DNA of 64,000 nucleotides, from assembly GCA_036172245.1 (NCBI GenBank), contig JAYWIR010000024.1:2046001-2110000 (forward strand), given 5' to 3'. The translations under genes and the position numbers were made by a program. Positions 52,260 to 64,000 of the stretch are shown here, one piece after another. The notes below the pieces were generated by a model, which saw only the letters and a list, made by a program, of their open reading frames with translations, was not told the origin of the DNA and searched no databases. Within the stretch, counting starts at the first letter, position 1, and each line of letters begins with the position of its first letter. The DNA comes from Raillietiella orientalis (lineage: Eukaryota).

Positions 52260-52500
52260 TCGTTACATCAGGAATGCAAACCGATGTTCTAACAAAACCT
52301 GGATGGATTCGTCGACGAACAAAACGAACCCATCACCTCGATCGAGCAGAGAATCACGAAGAAAAGAAAAGTCCAAGACCTTTTCTTGTTTCTTGGATGT
52401 CCACATAGTCGCCTCTGAGCAAAACCATCCTTCCCTCCACCTGGAAGCCCATGAAAAAACAATGACTTCCCAACACGGATCGCCTTTCAGCAAAGTGAAT
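52260..52500 (+). mobile_element. Possible Penelope-like RT fragment
   Basis: KEKSKTFSCFLDVHIV...EAHEKTMT resembles ExExxxxLxFLDVxI...VYRKxT. Short and degraded. Confidence 0.25.
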
Positions 52501-52952
52501 GGATCACAGGAAGCCTCCGTGCAACTGATGCTGTTTGCATCCTATGCGTCTTTCCCAAAAGGAACGAACCGAACTAATTCGGACAAAGAGGGAATCGAGA
52601 AGAGCACACACCAGCACGAAGGAAAAGCTCCTGAACGTGCGCTCTTGCTCAATCCGAGGACAAATGGTTCTCTGATCCGAAGTGAGAGAGAAAAGCAGAT
52701 ACGTGAAAGCAGATATGTAACTCGGTTTTCCAGACAAAGCACATCTTCTCCAGTGTGCTCCATTTCAGCAGGATGAGTATTCCGAAATACAACTAGCGAT
52801 TCTTTCTCTGAGGAGGAGGGCTTGGCTAGGCCAGCTAGAGAGATTTTCTTTTCTTATTTTCTTCATTCTTCTGAAAGAAAGAGTCTCTCGAACATGTTAT
52901 CGAGTTGCCCCAGGCAGCAGTCTGGAGTACTCATTACTTGATCCCGATGCAG

Positions 52953-55814
52953 GCCCAGCGTGACTTCTTTCTCGTCTCCCTGGAGCAATAAAATCCGGTT
53001 TCGACTTTGGGTTTGTCCTCGTGAAGTTCCGTTTGGCAGCTGCGAGCTCCTACAGTTCGAGGTTCCGATTCGGCTGACCACCCTGCCCTGTTTCCCGTTA
53101 CTGGTCGTGTGCTTTCTGACGCGCCTGTTGAACGCGAGTCTCAGCGACTCTTCGCATCTCCCACGTAGACGATCGACACGTCTCCCGTGGACTGTGTCCA
53201 CGCAGGCAGAAGTCTGGGCAGCGCTACACGGGGGAATTAGAGTCATCCACTGGAAATTTTTCCGGTGGATGACTCGTCGTTCAGCCACCGCTCGCCAACC
53301 ACTTTTCCTTTATCCACCACCCTCATGGTCGTCCCGCTACCATTCACGACTCTCTCCCTAGCCCGCAATAACCTCTCCCTCCTACTCCCCCTCCCCGTCG
53401 CTTATGATCCCAATTCATTTGCTATTCGTTCTCTGCCAGTGTGTCCAGGCACCAACTGCGCTGTCGCGAAACCATCGCACGCGCCCACGTTAGCAAAAGA
53501 GACGCCGATAGTGTCCCGTGTCTGGGAAGCCTGGCTCAGGGAGAAGCCAGGAGCTGTTTTGCATGTCATTATGCAAATTGAAAAGTTCGTCGGTGCCAAC
53601 TGGATACGAAACAGAGCAGATGATTGCATTCAGACGTTTGCTGCTCGGGGAATGACGAGAATGAATGGAATCGGCCCGGAATAGTGGCTCCTGGGGCTTA
53701 CAATACGACGTGGCCCGGATGAGAGAAGTCACTCGGAGGGGAAGCACGTCGTGTGCCCTCGGAGAGCTGCTGCCTTTGGGGCTACGTGGCTTGGGCGTCC
53801 GCGCATTCTCCCCAACCACGGACACGACGAGGTGGCTCAATGGCACGTGCTCTCTCGACCGCGATGTGCTCTCAGAACATCGACGCTGGGAAGCTTTCCT
53901 ATCGGGTCTGTTTGCATCCACCCTCGATTGCCCTGTGCAGTCGTCCTCGGAAACGGAAATTGCCACTGCAGCCGAATCGAGTGGGCTTTTCGACAGCTGC
54001 AGGACGCTCGAAGACGCGCGTTGGAAGACGGCGATGCCTGGCAGCGATCGCAAGGCAGCCAATCGAAAACCGGAATTTCGCTCCGTTTCCCCTCTGCGCG
54101 GATCAAAAGGAGCGCATAGCAACAAAGAACCAAAAATCCAGACTTCAGTCCAGGAAGAGGTGTCCTTCCAGCAGACACGATGGGCAAAGGAAACATCTGT
54201 TAAACTTTTTTCCTCCGGTCCCCTAGGAGAAGGACGACACGCGCTCCCTTGCAGTGTCGTCAATAGCGCACCGTCTTTCTGGGAATAGGTGGCACCCGTA
54301 GGCTCCTCCGAATTGGCTGCAGGGGAGATGATACATGCGGACGTGCTGTCGATGAGGTAGTCAGCCAGCCTTCCCATGACGTCGCGCTCACGCTTTACGG
54401 CTACGCGTCAACCTTTCACAGGAGAACCCCCTGCTCCGTGTTCCCACTCATCGAACGGGAGTCCCAAGCCTGCGATTCCTTCTTCGGATTGCAACAAGTG
54501 CACGTTTTCCACATCGTCGATAGGGTACGTGCCATCAACCATGTTCCAGGAAATCCAGATGGCTTCCGCTCACGCGTTTTCTTTCTCGAATTGGCTGAAG
54601 GCTTCCCATGCTTTAGAAGACTGGGAGACCTCCAACGCGATCGTTTAGGATTCCTGCTGGCATGGCGCCGAAGAAGCGCGGCGAAGGGCAAGTTCTCATC
54701 TTCGAGTGCGTCTGCACGGACCCACAGGCGTAAACGGCGGCCAGGAAAACGTGCAGGACGCTGCCGTGCGGACGCTCCGACGTCCCCGGAAGCCGTGCGG
54801 CGTGCACATCCCGCTGGCGCCAGCAGTCATGGAAACAGCGTCTCGTCCGCCATCCCGAAGATGTCCGGTTGCGAGGACGAGTATGGTGACAGCTTTCCGC
54901 CACCGGTTCCTGCAACATTCGACACGGAGGCCGTCGTCCTGATAACCACGTGCGTCGACGGTGTTTCGCTTCGCCAAAGGGGTCGCAATATGGGAACGAG
55001 ATATGCTCGTTCGAGTACGCTTCCCTGGCAACCACCCCTATCTGGCACTCGACGAGGTTCGAAAACTCAACCACGCACAGATGAAACCACCTTGGTTCCG
55101 TTACCATGCTTCCCTTCTTGCAAGAGAAAGCGAGCGTAAGCTGAAACACGCTTCCTCGTGCAAACTGGAGTCCAAGAAGCAGTCGATCTCCCCCTCGCAG
55201 CTCCGGTCATCCGGCCATGCAACCTGAGAAGGGTCCGGTTACGCGTAGATCCACCTATGTTCTCGCCTTCCAAGTCGGTCGTAAGCGCTATGGGTTCGGC
55301 TTTGTCTCCTCCGCCGACTTCACATCACAAGTGCCGTGGCCAAGCTCCGAGCTCTTCGCCTCCTTCTGAAGCGGCAGAGCTGTCTCCAGACACTCCAGTC
55401 CAGTCGTGGAAACGTCGCCGCGGAGTTTCGAACCCGTTGCCTTTTCGAGGAGGAACCAGTTGCGCTTCGCACTGCCCTCGGGGGCGTTCGTCACGAATGC
55501 ACTTCGCCCTCATGTGAACCTTCACGGTGGGCAGCAGCTCTGCCTTTTCGCGTTCGTCGAAAGACACCAAGCAGGCGGGTCCGCGTGGCGGCAGTCCTTG
55601 ACCAGGGAAGGGGATCATGCAGGTTCTCTGAAACCCTGGTCTCGATGTAAACGGGATAGGGGGATGGTGCATGGGAGAACCACACAACACCTTGAGTAGG
55701 GACTTCTGGGTGCGCACCTCCCAGGAGCACGCGCACTCTGAAGATCTCGGGAAAACGAGGTTTTTCGGGAACAGATCGACCAAGTCTACGCTCCACCTCC
55801 TTAGAGAGCGAAGG
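52953..55814. repeat. Right arm of the 2862-bp inverted repeat (decayed Tx1-like ORF2 on + strand, continuing to about 56460)
   Basis: Reverse complement of 41985-44846. In addition, 56466-56695 matches 41740-41975 at slightly lower identity. Confidence 0.97.
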
Positions 55815-56756
55815 CTTTCTTTCCCGGAAGTCCAGGATGCCTGCATTTGTGGGAACCTCGAAATGCTTCTGCTTCTGCCGGTGCAGCGAGGGGAGAGAAG
55901 GATTGTCCGTCCCATCCCTGAGAGGATTACGTTCTCTATGCCCATCAGCTGATTGCTGCTGATCTCTTCGAGGAGCGCCTCGTGCAGAGTGCGCGCGCGC
56001 AAACTCCCAGTGCTCGCGCTTCTCATGCGCTGAAGGTTCGAGCGGTCGCAGACCAGAAATTTCCTGATGCTGCTTCAGGATGCACGTCGTGCCCGAACGC
56101 AAATGGAGCAGTCCAAGCCTTCCAGGAAGATCCGCTTTGCAGAGTGAGTGGCGTGCTCTGACCTCCGCATCCAATCCTACCCAGACTGAGAAGGGAAAGC
56201 GCGGAGATGGTTCATTCCTTCTTCTTCGTACGGGTAACGTTGCCCTCCCTCCAATAGAAACGTGCGGGATGGAGAAGGGCACGCGGAAACAGCATCTCTC
56301 TGGAAAATCATGGGGAAAAAGAAAACCACTTCAAAGTTTCCCGAAAGATTGGACGGAGTAGTACGCCTTCCGAATGAGACTGCGCTCCCGACGGCGGCCG
56401 TCCACCCGGGAATGTATTCCTGAGCTCTTGCGAGGTTGCTCCTCGGATGGAAGGTTCCCATGCCTCCCTAAGGTTGTTTCCTTGCCGTGCTGCAGGAATG
56501 GGCTGCACGAAAGAGAACGCTTCAAGGCACCTCGGCGCTGGCAGGATCCTCGTTCCCGGGAACCGTTCCTTCATCTTGCGAAATTCCCGAACACCGCATC
56601 GCGAACCGGGAATCAATATGCAAAGGGGCGACACAGATGTGCTGAGGTGTAAACACCTGGTGCCGTTTGAATTTCATTTGCCGAAGTTTTCACAAGTGCC
56701 CTTGGGGACATAAAAGCAACCCAACCCTTGGAGTATCCAGAGGTCAGGCAAGCGGG

Positions 56757-59460
56757 ATGGCGGCTTCGAAGGCACTCGCTGTTTCAGTTTTGGCTCTAAT
56801 GATGTGAGTTTTTCAGTAACCACTCTGAAGCATTCCTTTCATTTAAATTTTATTCGTTTGAACCATCATTTCCCCTCACTTTCTTTCAGATCACTTTTTC
56901 CTGAAGAAGAAGCTCTCATCATAGCACAGCAGATTTCCTTCAATGTGGGACTCATCTTTCTCAGGATTGCAGAGAGATAACAGGAGATTCTTTTTTTCAA
57001 GGGAGCATATGTTGCGGAAATAACGGTCAAGAAAGAATTCTACAGTGTGCTCTTGGATAGCTGGACTGACACCATGTGGCTTCCATCATCGGAATGCTCC
57101 TCGGATTATTGCAGTAATGGGGACTCGACCGAGAGGGAGAACATGGGACGACTTCGCTTTCTTTGCAGAACGCCGCCGCACATACGATATTTCACAGTTG
57201 CCAAATAGCTCTGCAACAGGTCAACAGAAGTCTTATCGTTTGTTGTATGTTAACATGGATGGATATCAGCACAGGTTCAAATTTGTGAGTTTGTGGCTGC
57301 CAAGTTGAAATTTCGGGAGAGAGGAGGGAAATGAGTCCTCTCTTGAGGACCATCTGCGTTTATGTTGCATTCAAATCGGATCCATTCCAGATATTCGGAC
57401 GCCAAGTTTTCACGAAAACTATAGCGACCTTCAATATAGATCCGCAACCAAGCAATTTCATCACTTTACTGAATAACGACGGGTTCTTCGGCATCAATCC
57501 GTCAGCCTTGGATTCGCTTCTGAGGAGCCATAGGATAGAGCCAATCGCCTACATGGAGTTCGACAGGTAATGCAAACCTTAGAAAGCATTGCAAAGACGT
57601 CAAACATCTCGATCCAGAAATAAGAAAAAGGGGACTGTTGTTTTGGGAGAATCGTATCCGTCTCCAAAACCAAGTCTCCAGGCCACCTACCAGATAGACA
57701 AAAGAGAAACTCTCTATAAGATTCAACTGCTCAGGTAAGTGCCCTCTTTGCAGTTTGAATTCGGAATTGTCTGGTGGCTGCTCGTTTCCTAATTGCAAGT
57801 TGATGACGGTAGCTCGAATGGTAACATGCGTAGAAAGACCTTTCAACGGGTTGCAGAATTCAAAGATTCTGCCAACTGAGGAATTTCGGAGTCATTGCTT
57901 AAAGATGCGGCTCAATCTCTAAGAGCGTGCAAACATGTGGGATTTCAGAAAGACGACCGCAGCTGACTGCGGCAGCTGGGAGAGATCTTTCGCTGCTCTC
58001 CGCGTCCTTTTAGTTTTTTCCGTTTTTTCGTCCTTCGAGAAGGAACCTTTCCGATGCCGCTTTGTAGCATCTAAACGGCTCGCCAACTCCTCCACAGGAA
58101 GGCTCACAAGACTTTTCTACTATCACGCGTCCGACCGAAGTACGAGTGAAGCGGGGATCGGGGATCCGAAGCGATCACTGTCGCAACGGCTGGGAGGGAA
58201 AACCCTGGAACCTCCCCACGATTGCTGGGAGGGACCATGAAGGGTTCACACGCGATTCTCGATTGCTGGCAACTGACTGCGGACATGAGGGTGCCCTACC
58301 GACGCATTTGCCAATCCTGATCCATCCTTAGCATTACCTTGCGAAAGGACTCGAATCCTCCTTCAAGTCGGCCGCTTTTCTAGATGTTCGAAAAGGCGAC
58401 TCTGGGTGCGAAGAGAGGATGCCGTGGCAACACACTGCCTCCAGCGCTAATGGTCCGAGAGCAATGACTACGAAGGTTTCTTCTTTTCAGCATCAAGGTC
58501 GGCAAAGAAGAAATGTGTCAGGGGATATGCGTTGCTTACTTGGATACAGCCCTTCCAATCGCTCAAGTTAGTAACAAGTTTATGGAGCAATTCAAGAAGC
58601 AAATTAAACCTCTGGGTGTGGATTACTTGTACGGGGTGAGTCTCCAGATCTGTTCCAAAGTCCTATCAGCGTCGAGCTATTGAACAGCCTACGAAGAAGT
58701 TGGATTCATTCCCCAGGGTAACCTACACATTTGTCAATGGTGTAGTGCTCGAGATGAAACCACAGGATTATGTCTTCAATATCCTGGTGAGTAGCGAAAA
58801 TCCACAAAATTCAACTCAAATAAATAAGCAAATATTCAACTAATTGTAGTAGAAACTATTCAACTAATTGTAGTACCAGCCTTTCAACCAATAGTAGTAG
58901 CTAACTATTACACTGATCAATCGAAAGGGCTGACCGATTTGCGGTCGTTCAAGTCACTGCATCGTTTAAAGAGTTAGGATGGACCAAATGGCAAGCCAAG
59001 TGACAAAAACTGCTCTTCTTCGTGATGTTGGCGACGACCAAAGAGGAGAAACTTCACTCTTGCTTCACACCGAAGTGCTTGCATGTTCCGTTATCTACGA
59101 AGGGTCACTTTCCTTTTTCCCCAGAGTAGAAATTCCCGTCTGAACGGTCCGTGACACTATTTTGTAGTGTTCGAACCGAAAACTCGCGTCGCACGTGGTT
59201 TACACGCCTGTCTTTTCCTCGCTCGTGTCACCCACAAATCGGAAGAGTGGACGAAATCCTTAACCATCGTGGTGAGAGATTACGATCCGACTAACATCGG
59301 ACTTTCCTTCCAGGTGAGTAAGAAAGACGTCCCTGTGCTGGGGTTTGCCAGCAGATTGAGGTCCGACGACGAAATGTGGACGATTTCCCAGAAGATGATG
59401 ACATACTTGATCACGCAGATCGATTTGAAAAGCGAAACCCTCACGATTCATGTGAAGTGA
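56757..59460 (+). CDS. Secreted pepsin-like (A1 aspartic peptidase fold) protein B, probably non-catalytic. Exons: 56757-56803, 56890-56944, 57002-57113, 57169-57284, 57391-57566, 57618-57734, 58491-58635, 58688-58786, 59314-59460. 337 aa
   Basis: Open spliced frame: MAASKALAVSVLALMISLF; AYVAEITVKKEFYSVLLDSWTDTMWLPSSECSSDYC; TYDISQ; NDGFFGINP; GTVVLGE; IKVGKEEMCQGICVAYLDTALP; FPRVTYTFVNGVVLEMKPQDYV; WTISQKMMTYLITQIDLKSETLTIHVK. A branch-like gactaac precedes the last acceptor. The intron 2 donor (GTGGGA) is weak but aligns with GTAAGA in copy A. Confidence 0.88.
58830..58880 (+). repeat. Short tandem duplication (about 24-nt unit) in intron 8 of gene B
   Basis: tattcaactaattgtagta occurs twice; a degenerate version is in copy A at about 49060-49100. 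Confidence 0.7.
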
Positions 59461-60849
59461 TGCAGACATGCTCGGATTGTGGGTGGTCACTGATTCGCAT
59501 CCCAATTAAAAAAGACGATTCCTGCTGTTTGTCTTTTCAATTGGCATTCAGTGGCATCTCGAAGCTTCCAGCAGCCTTCCGATAGAGTATTCCTCCAAAT
59601 GAAGACCACATTGCGCAAAACACATGTGTGAGCAGGGAGCCAATTTGTGAGAATAGGGTAGGGGGTTATTCGACGCAGATCAATCCACCCCCGAACATAT
59701 TCTAATGCCACATGAGCTTGCTGTTGTCGCTTGGTAACAACTCCAGCAAACACCAGTAACAGGCACTTGGGAGTAAGATTCCCTGTCCTTGTGGTAATTT
59801 TGTTTCAAGAGAATGAAGAGAAAGGGTTCTCTCTTCTCTCACTGGAAACGAGGCGTCTCCGGGAAACCATGACAACGACTCCAGAGTCTGGATTATCAGG
59901 GACGGTAGAATCAAACTACAAAAAAATCCTGGAAATCGCACAACATCAATGTAAGTGGAAGAAGGGTTTGAGTCCAGCTCTTCCCATACACGAATGCCGA
60001 ATCCGATAGCTTGCTTGCCCAACGGGAACGGGCAGGAACAGTTCTGGTTCCGCCGGTGCTTTCAATCGCGATTGTCCGTTCGTGAACACGCCGAACTTTC
60101 GGGGGTCGCCATGCGCGTTCGCAGCGACCTTTCCCGGTTCTTTCTTTTCCGTTTCACGGTGGTGCGAAAAACAAACTGCTTCCCGTTTGCCATGGGGTCC
60201 TCATAGATCATCCCGGCATACGTCAGCCGACCGAAACCACAGCGCGCGGCCTCTCCGTGCAGCAACGGGACTGACGAAAGCAAGCAAGAAGCGAGCAAGA
60301 AGACGTCCTCCCTTTCGGCTTCCTGTACCATGTCATTGTCAGACGCATCCTGCTCTCTAACTAGGGATAATCATACAAGGAATGATAGTTCGTCTTTCGG
60401 AATCATCAACCACAATTCCTCATCACACCTGTTCGTGATTACTCTTCCTCTCAGCACTCTGGAATAATGACCGCAACGAAACATTCGTTGCTGACTGCTG
60501 CAGCAGCTAAGGGGCTCTTCAAGTTGTCTCAAGTGATTATTCTGCGATAGCGCGCACGATATCACAAGATGCCGAAACGGAGCTGGAATTGCACCTGTTG
60601 TCTTCCACCCTTCTAAATGTCCAAGAGTTGGACACGCACTCTCGCGACGCATTCTGATGCTGGAAATGTCGGCCACCTTGATCTCGATGCAAGCGGACGG
60701 TGAGACGCACTTCACCATGAAACCACTGCGTTGGAAACTCCTAAAGTGGCCGTTCGAACAGTAGGGCCGACAGGGGAACTGCGGGTCGATTCTCTTCAGC
60801 TTCTCTGGTAGCCGAAGATCCCTATCTTTCCAGCATAGCTGCAGAGCTT

Positions 60850-63005
60850 GAAGGAGATCCCAGCTCTCTCAGGTCATTCCGGAGAAATTCGAATGCATTT
60901 TCACAACCGGAGCTTCTAACTCTTGACACGAAAGGAACGGGAGCCCTGCTTCCTCCTATGAAGAGAGCTCCGAGGGAGCAGAGCCCTTCTTAAAGTCTGG
61001 AGAGGGAATCCCCCAAGAAGGGACTTAGCCAGCTCCATTTTTACAACCATAGGGGAATCACGAAGCGATTCTGCGTTCCTTGAATCCAGGAGGGACGCCA
61101 GAGTCAACATCCAATCTCGGTCAGTCAACGGGGCCATCCAGTTCTCGGATTTGGCCACCTGGATTAGCCGAACGGCCTCGTCTTCCGGGGGGGGAACTAA
61201 AACCCCAAGATGTACCCATTTTGTATGGGTCGATCCTTCACGTGAAACCGCAACGCGCGGAGCAACGCGCGGAGACCGCCGTCTTTCTGCGGTCTCACTG
61301 CCGCCAAGGCGAGCATACTGCACCCATGATTCCGGAATTGAGACTTACGGTCCTTCCCCCCTGCAGACGCGCCTGCTGAGAGCACCGGGACGCCACCACT
61401 TTGCATCGCCAAGGCTGGGCGACAGAGGAAGCAGGACAAAGGACGTTCAGTGTGAAGCAGCACCTCAGAAGATCTTTTCGACTGTCGAGGGGGCGCAGCA
61501 AAGAGGCGCTTGCATGCGCTCCGGAGGCCACGGCATTCCGGCAGCGGGTGCGTGCGTGCACGATCTGGAAGATGCTTGCCCCCTTGAGCTCAGCTTCCAT
61601 CTTTTCCCGCACGGGCAGTGGGGTCAGGGCCGACTCCGCCTCGACCACGAGTGCCATCGTTCTCACTGCCAACACTGTGAGTCCCCGTGAACACCAATGC
61701 AAGGCACACTTTCTCAGGCAGCTGCGCGCGATCTGCAGTCTTCTACACGAAAGCGCTGCCGGCTGCTGCACCGCACTTGAATGCCGCCTTACAAGGAGCA
61801 CTGCGTTCCCGAAAGGAAGGAAATCAGCAGAAAATTTGGATTTCTTCGGCCAACACCTGCACTCGCGGAGACAAATGATACGGAGGTTCTTTCTGTTCCC
61901 AGAATCCCGTCATGGGTAATTCTCTCCTCATAAGAAGAATTCAGTATCCCAAAGGAACTCCAGCCTCGTTTCTAAGTAAAATACATCCGGGGTTTGTCGA
62001 TTTGCAGTCCCGACCAGGAGGAGTGGCTCTACACCACGCCGTGCGAGCCACTCCGACCTACAGTAGCCGGGAACCCCATGCACACGAGGAGCATGGGGCG
62101 CAAAGGTCGTTCACGTTTGTCGTCCTCGATTCGCAGAGCAGGCAACTCGCTCCCCATTGCCGGAATGCTCGTGGCACTGGAGGACAGGATGAAAGCAGCA
62201 AGCAGCCCACTCTTGTTACGGACCCCAAGCTTCTTCGACCTGGCTTGGTGCCCGAGGGCGAAGGCGAACGAAGCAAGTGTGGCCCGTGAACAGTCCTGGC
62301 AGCGAAACGAGGGGAGCCTGTAGGGAAGATGGGCTGTTCGCCTCGCCTTGCATGCTCGGTACCGACGATCCTCTTTGTATGCTCAGGATCCAGGAAACGG
62401 CCAGGCGGTGCAAGGAGCGAAGATCGTTAGGCGACGCAGACGCAGCACGTCAGGAAGGAAAGGGCGTGTCCGACTGCAACAAGGGGTCCGGGATATGCGC
62501 TGGGACATCGACTGACCGTCAAGAACCAGGTGCTCCCAGAACTACAGAATGGGACGCGGAGCATCGCGTAACGGCGAAAGGAGTGACATTGAGCTCCTCT
62601 TCCTTCCGGCTTGCAGGGAGCACAATGGCCCGGAAAGATAGCGGGAATGAAGCGAGCAGAACTGTGCTCGACTTTTTTCCCAGCACGCTGCTTGCCCGGG
62701 ATGCAGGAAGATTGGACGAAAAGTGGAGGAGTGCAGATGGCCGACGGTTCCTCGCGCGCTTCCAAGGCAGCCTGGTGGCGACTCCTCCCAGCTCATGCCC
62801 TCGCTACGCACGGTCCCTAGGAAGGGCTCCTCGTTGCGGTAGACGACGATTCTGCCACCTCCTCTGGAATGCTCCGATTTTGCATTCCGCTTCAGTTTCT
62901 GCTCCCTTTTCGGAAAGCAGGGGGGAATCCATCGGGAAGAGGGCTGAGAGGGCGAGTGCTGGACCAGCGCTGCACAAGCACACCAGCTCATTGAAAGCGA
63001 GCTGA
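60850..63005 (+). mobile_element. Decayed Tx1/L1-like ORF2 (RT to zinc finger)
   Basis: QSRSVNGAI (SxVxVNG), CTHFVWVDP (PLSPxLFxxxxEP-like), ECRLTRSTAFPKGR, and a terminal APRCGRRRFCHLLWNAP (zf-RVT). Confidence 0.5.
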
Positions 63006-63049
63006 GTTCGCAGCGACTTGGTTCCGCAGTGTTGGCGGTGCCCAGCCCT

Positions 63050-63700
63050 AATCGCTACGTCACTCGTTCGGGCACGTCGGCCCCTGGCGCTCGCCGCCTG
63101 GCGACGATCTCGGGAGAGTCGGAAGAGATGCTGGAACCTGTGGGAAAAGAACTGCGATATGTACCGAGTCCTGCAGGCTGCGGATGCTTCCTGAAACGGC
63201 GACCTTCAGCAGCGTGCAGTTTCAGTTGCCAAGGGGGAGGATCTCGCGACGTCTCGATCAATTCGTCGCCACCCTTGCACGAGATCCTCCGTCGGAGGAA
63301 GCAGATGGGAGCCCTGACGCGGTCACAGACTACTCGATTCGGTTTCGTTTCGAGGTGGCTTCGAAGAACGGTGCTGTCCGCGAGTTGGACTTGTGGGACG
63401 TGAGCTGGTGAGAGTTCAACAAGTGGAGCGATCGCACAAGACAAGTAGCACATCCACCCCACTTTTCGCAGCCACTCTCAGGTCAAACGCGCCCTGTGCA
63501 TGTGCGTTGGCATTCCTTTTTATGTGCGTGAGGCCGACCTCAGATGGTGCGAAGGTGCGTGCTCTTTCTTTCGGACGATGTCCCCACTCGGTTCGTGCCA
63601 GCACCCACCCGGCTTTCCTGGAGTCCGCACTGGGCTGTCTCTTTACAGTGATTGGTTCGCCTTTTCGGACGAGCGTTTGCTATCTCCTCTTCAGAGGTTC
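63050..63700 (-). mobile_element. Possible non-LTR endonuclease-domain remnant
   Basis: RDPPPWQLKLHAAEGRRF resembles the GxGxWKLNxSLLxDxxF motif that follows L1-type APE domains. Confidence 0.3.
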
Positions 63701-64000
63701 ACGCAGTCTGAAAGCCGAGTAATCCGCTTTCAGGCACCATCCCGAAACAGGCGCTGGAATTCTCTCTGACATCTAGCGGGTAGTCCTCAGGCTGCGTGAT
63801 CCAAAGGTGGAACATGAAAAACGTAGGATAGATTCTAGATTTCTCCTGAATTCGATAACCTCCATCGCTAAAGAGGAAAAAAGGGGGTGATTTGAATATT
63901 CAGAGGGCTTCTTGGCTAATTTGCGTGCGTGTGCGTTTTGTCTGTGGCTGAATCTCCGTGCTCCATCTGCAGCCTGGAGTATGCCGTTGGGTATATCTCG

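Larger units (their letters stand above)
56380..60130 (+). repeat. Direct segmental duplication, copy B
   Basis: Colinear with 46615-50370 (offset about 9.78 kb). Confidence 0.93.

Noticed and set aside
41985..55814. Interpretation as a giant DNA transposon (Polinton/foldback) with 2.9-kb TIRs
   Set aside because: The arms consist of LINE remnant sequence that continues past the arm ends. No TSD, transposase, integrase or polymerase was found.
1..64000. CRISPR arrays, rRNA genes, prokaryotic operons
   Set aside because: The window is spliceosomal-intron-containing eukaryotic DNA; no regularly spaced repeat-spacer array or rRNA signature was seen.

Overview
Eukaryotic, arthropod-like genomic DNA; the species cannot be determined from the sequence. 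Two intact housekeeping genes lie on the + strand in AT-rich, CpG-poor DNA. They are diaphanous (formin; coding exons 15839-19688, first exon unresolved) and nicalin (23916-26248). Both are built almost entirely from 41-53 nt introns, and diaphanous carries a 46-nt minor-spliceosome (U12-type) intron. Most of the remainder is a GC- and CpG-rich graveyard of decayed non-LTR retrotransposons, mostly L1/Tx1-like, with one young 5'-truncated copy. The most unusual feature is not recognisable in the ORF track because the exons are small: two intact 9-exon paralogues (47006-49677 and 56757-59460) encoding secreted pepsin-fold (A1 aspartic peptidase-like) proteins of 336 and 337 aa. They have altered catalytic motifs (DSW and DTA instead of DTG), essentially no propeptide, and a flap-region exon more diverged than a neighbouring intron. 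Each begins just downstream of a retrotransposon 3' remnant. They sit in a rearranged block with a 2.86-kb near-perfect inverted repeat (41985-44846 / 52953-55814) that brackets copy A and a NompA-like PAN/ZP pseudogene exon. All gene models were derived by hand from splice signals and frame continuity. Transposon-remnant calls rest on degenerate motifs and have approximate boundaries.
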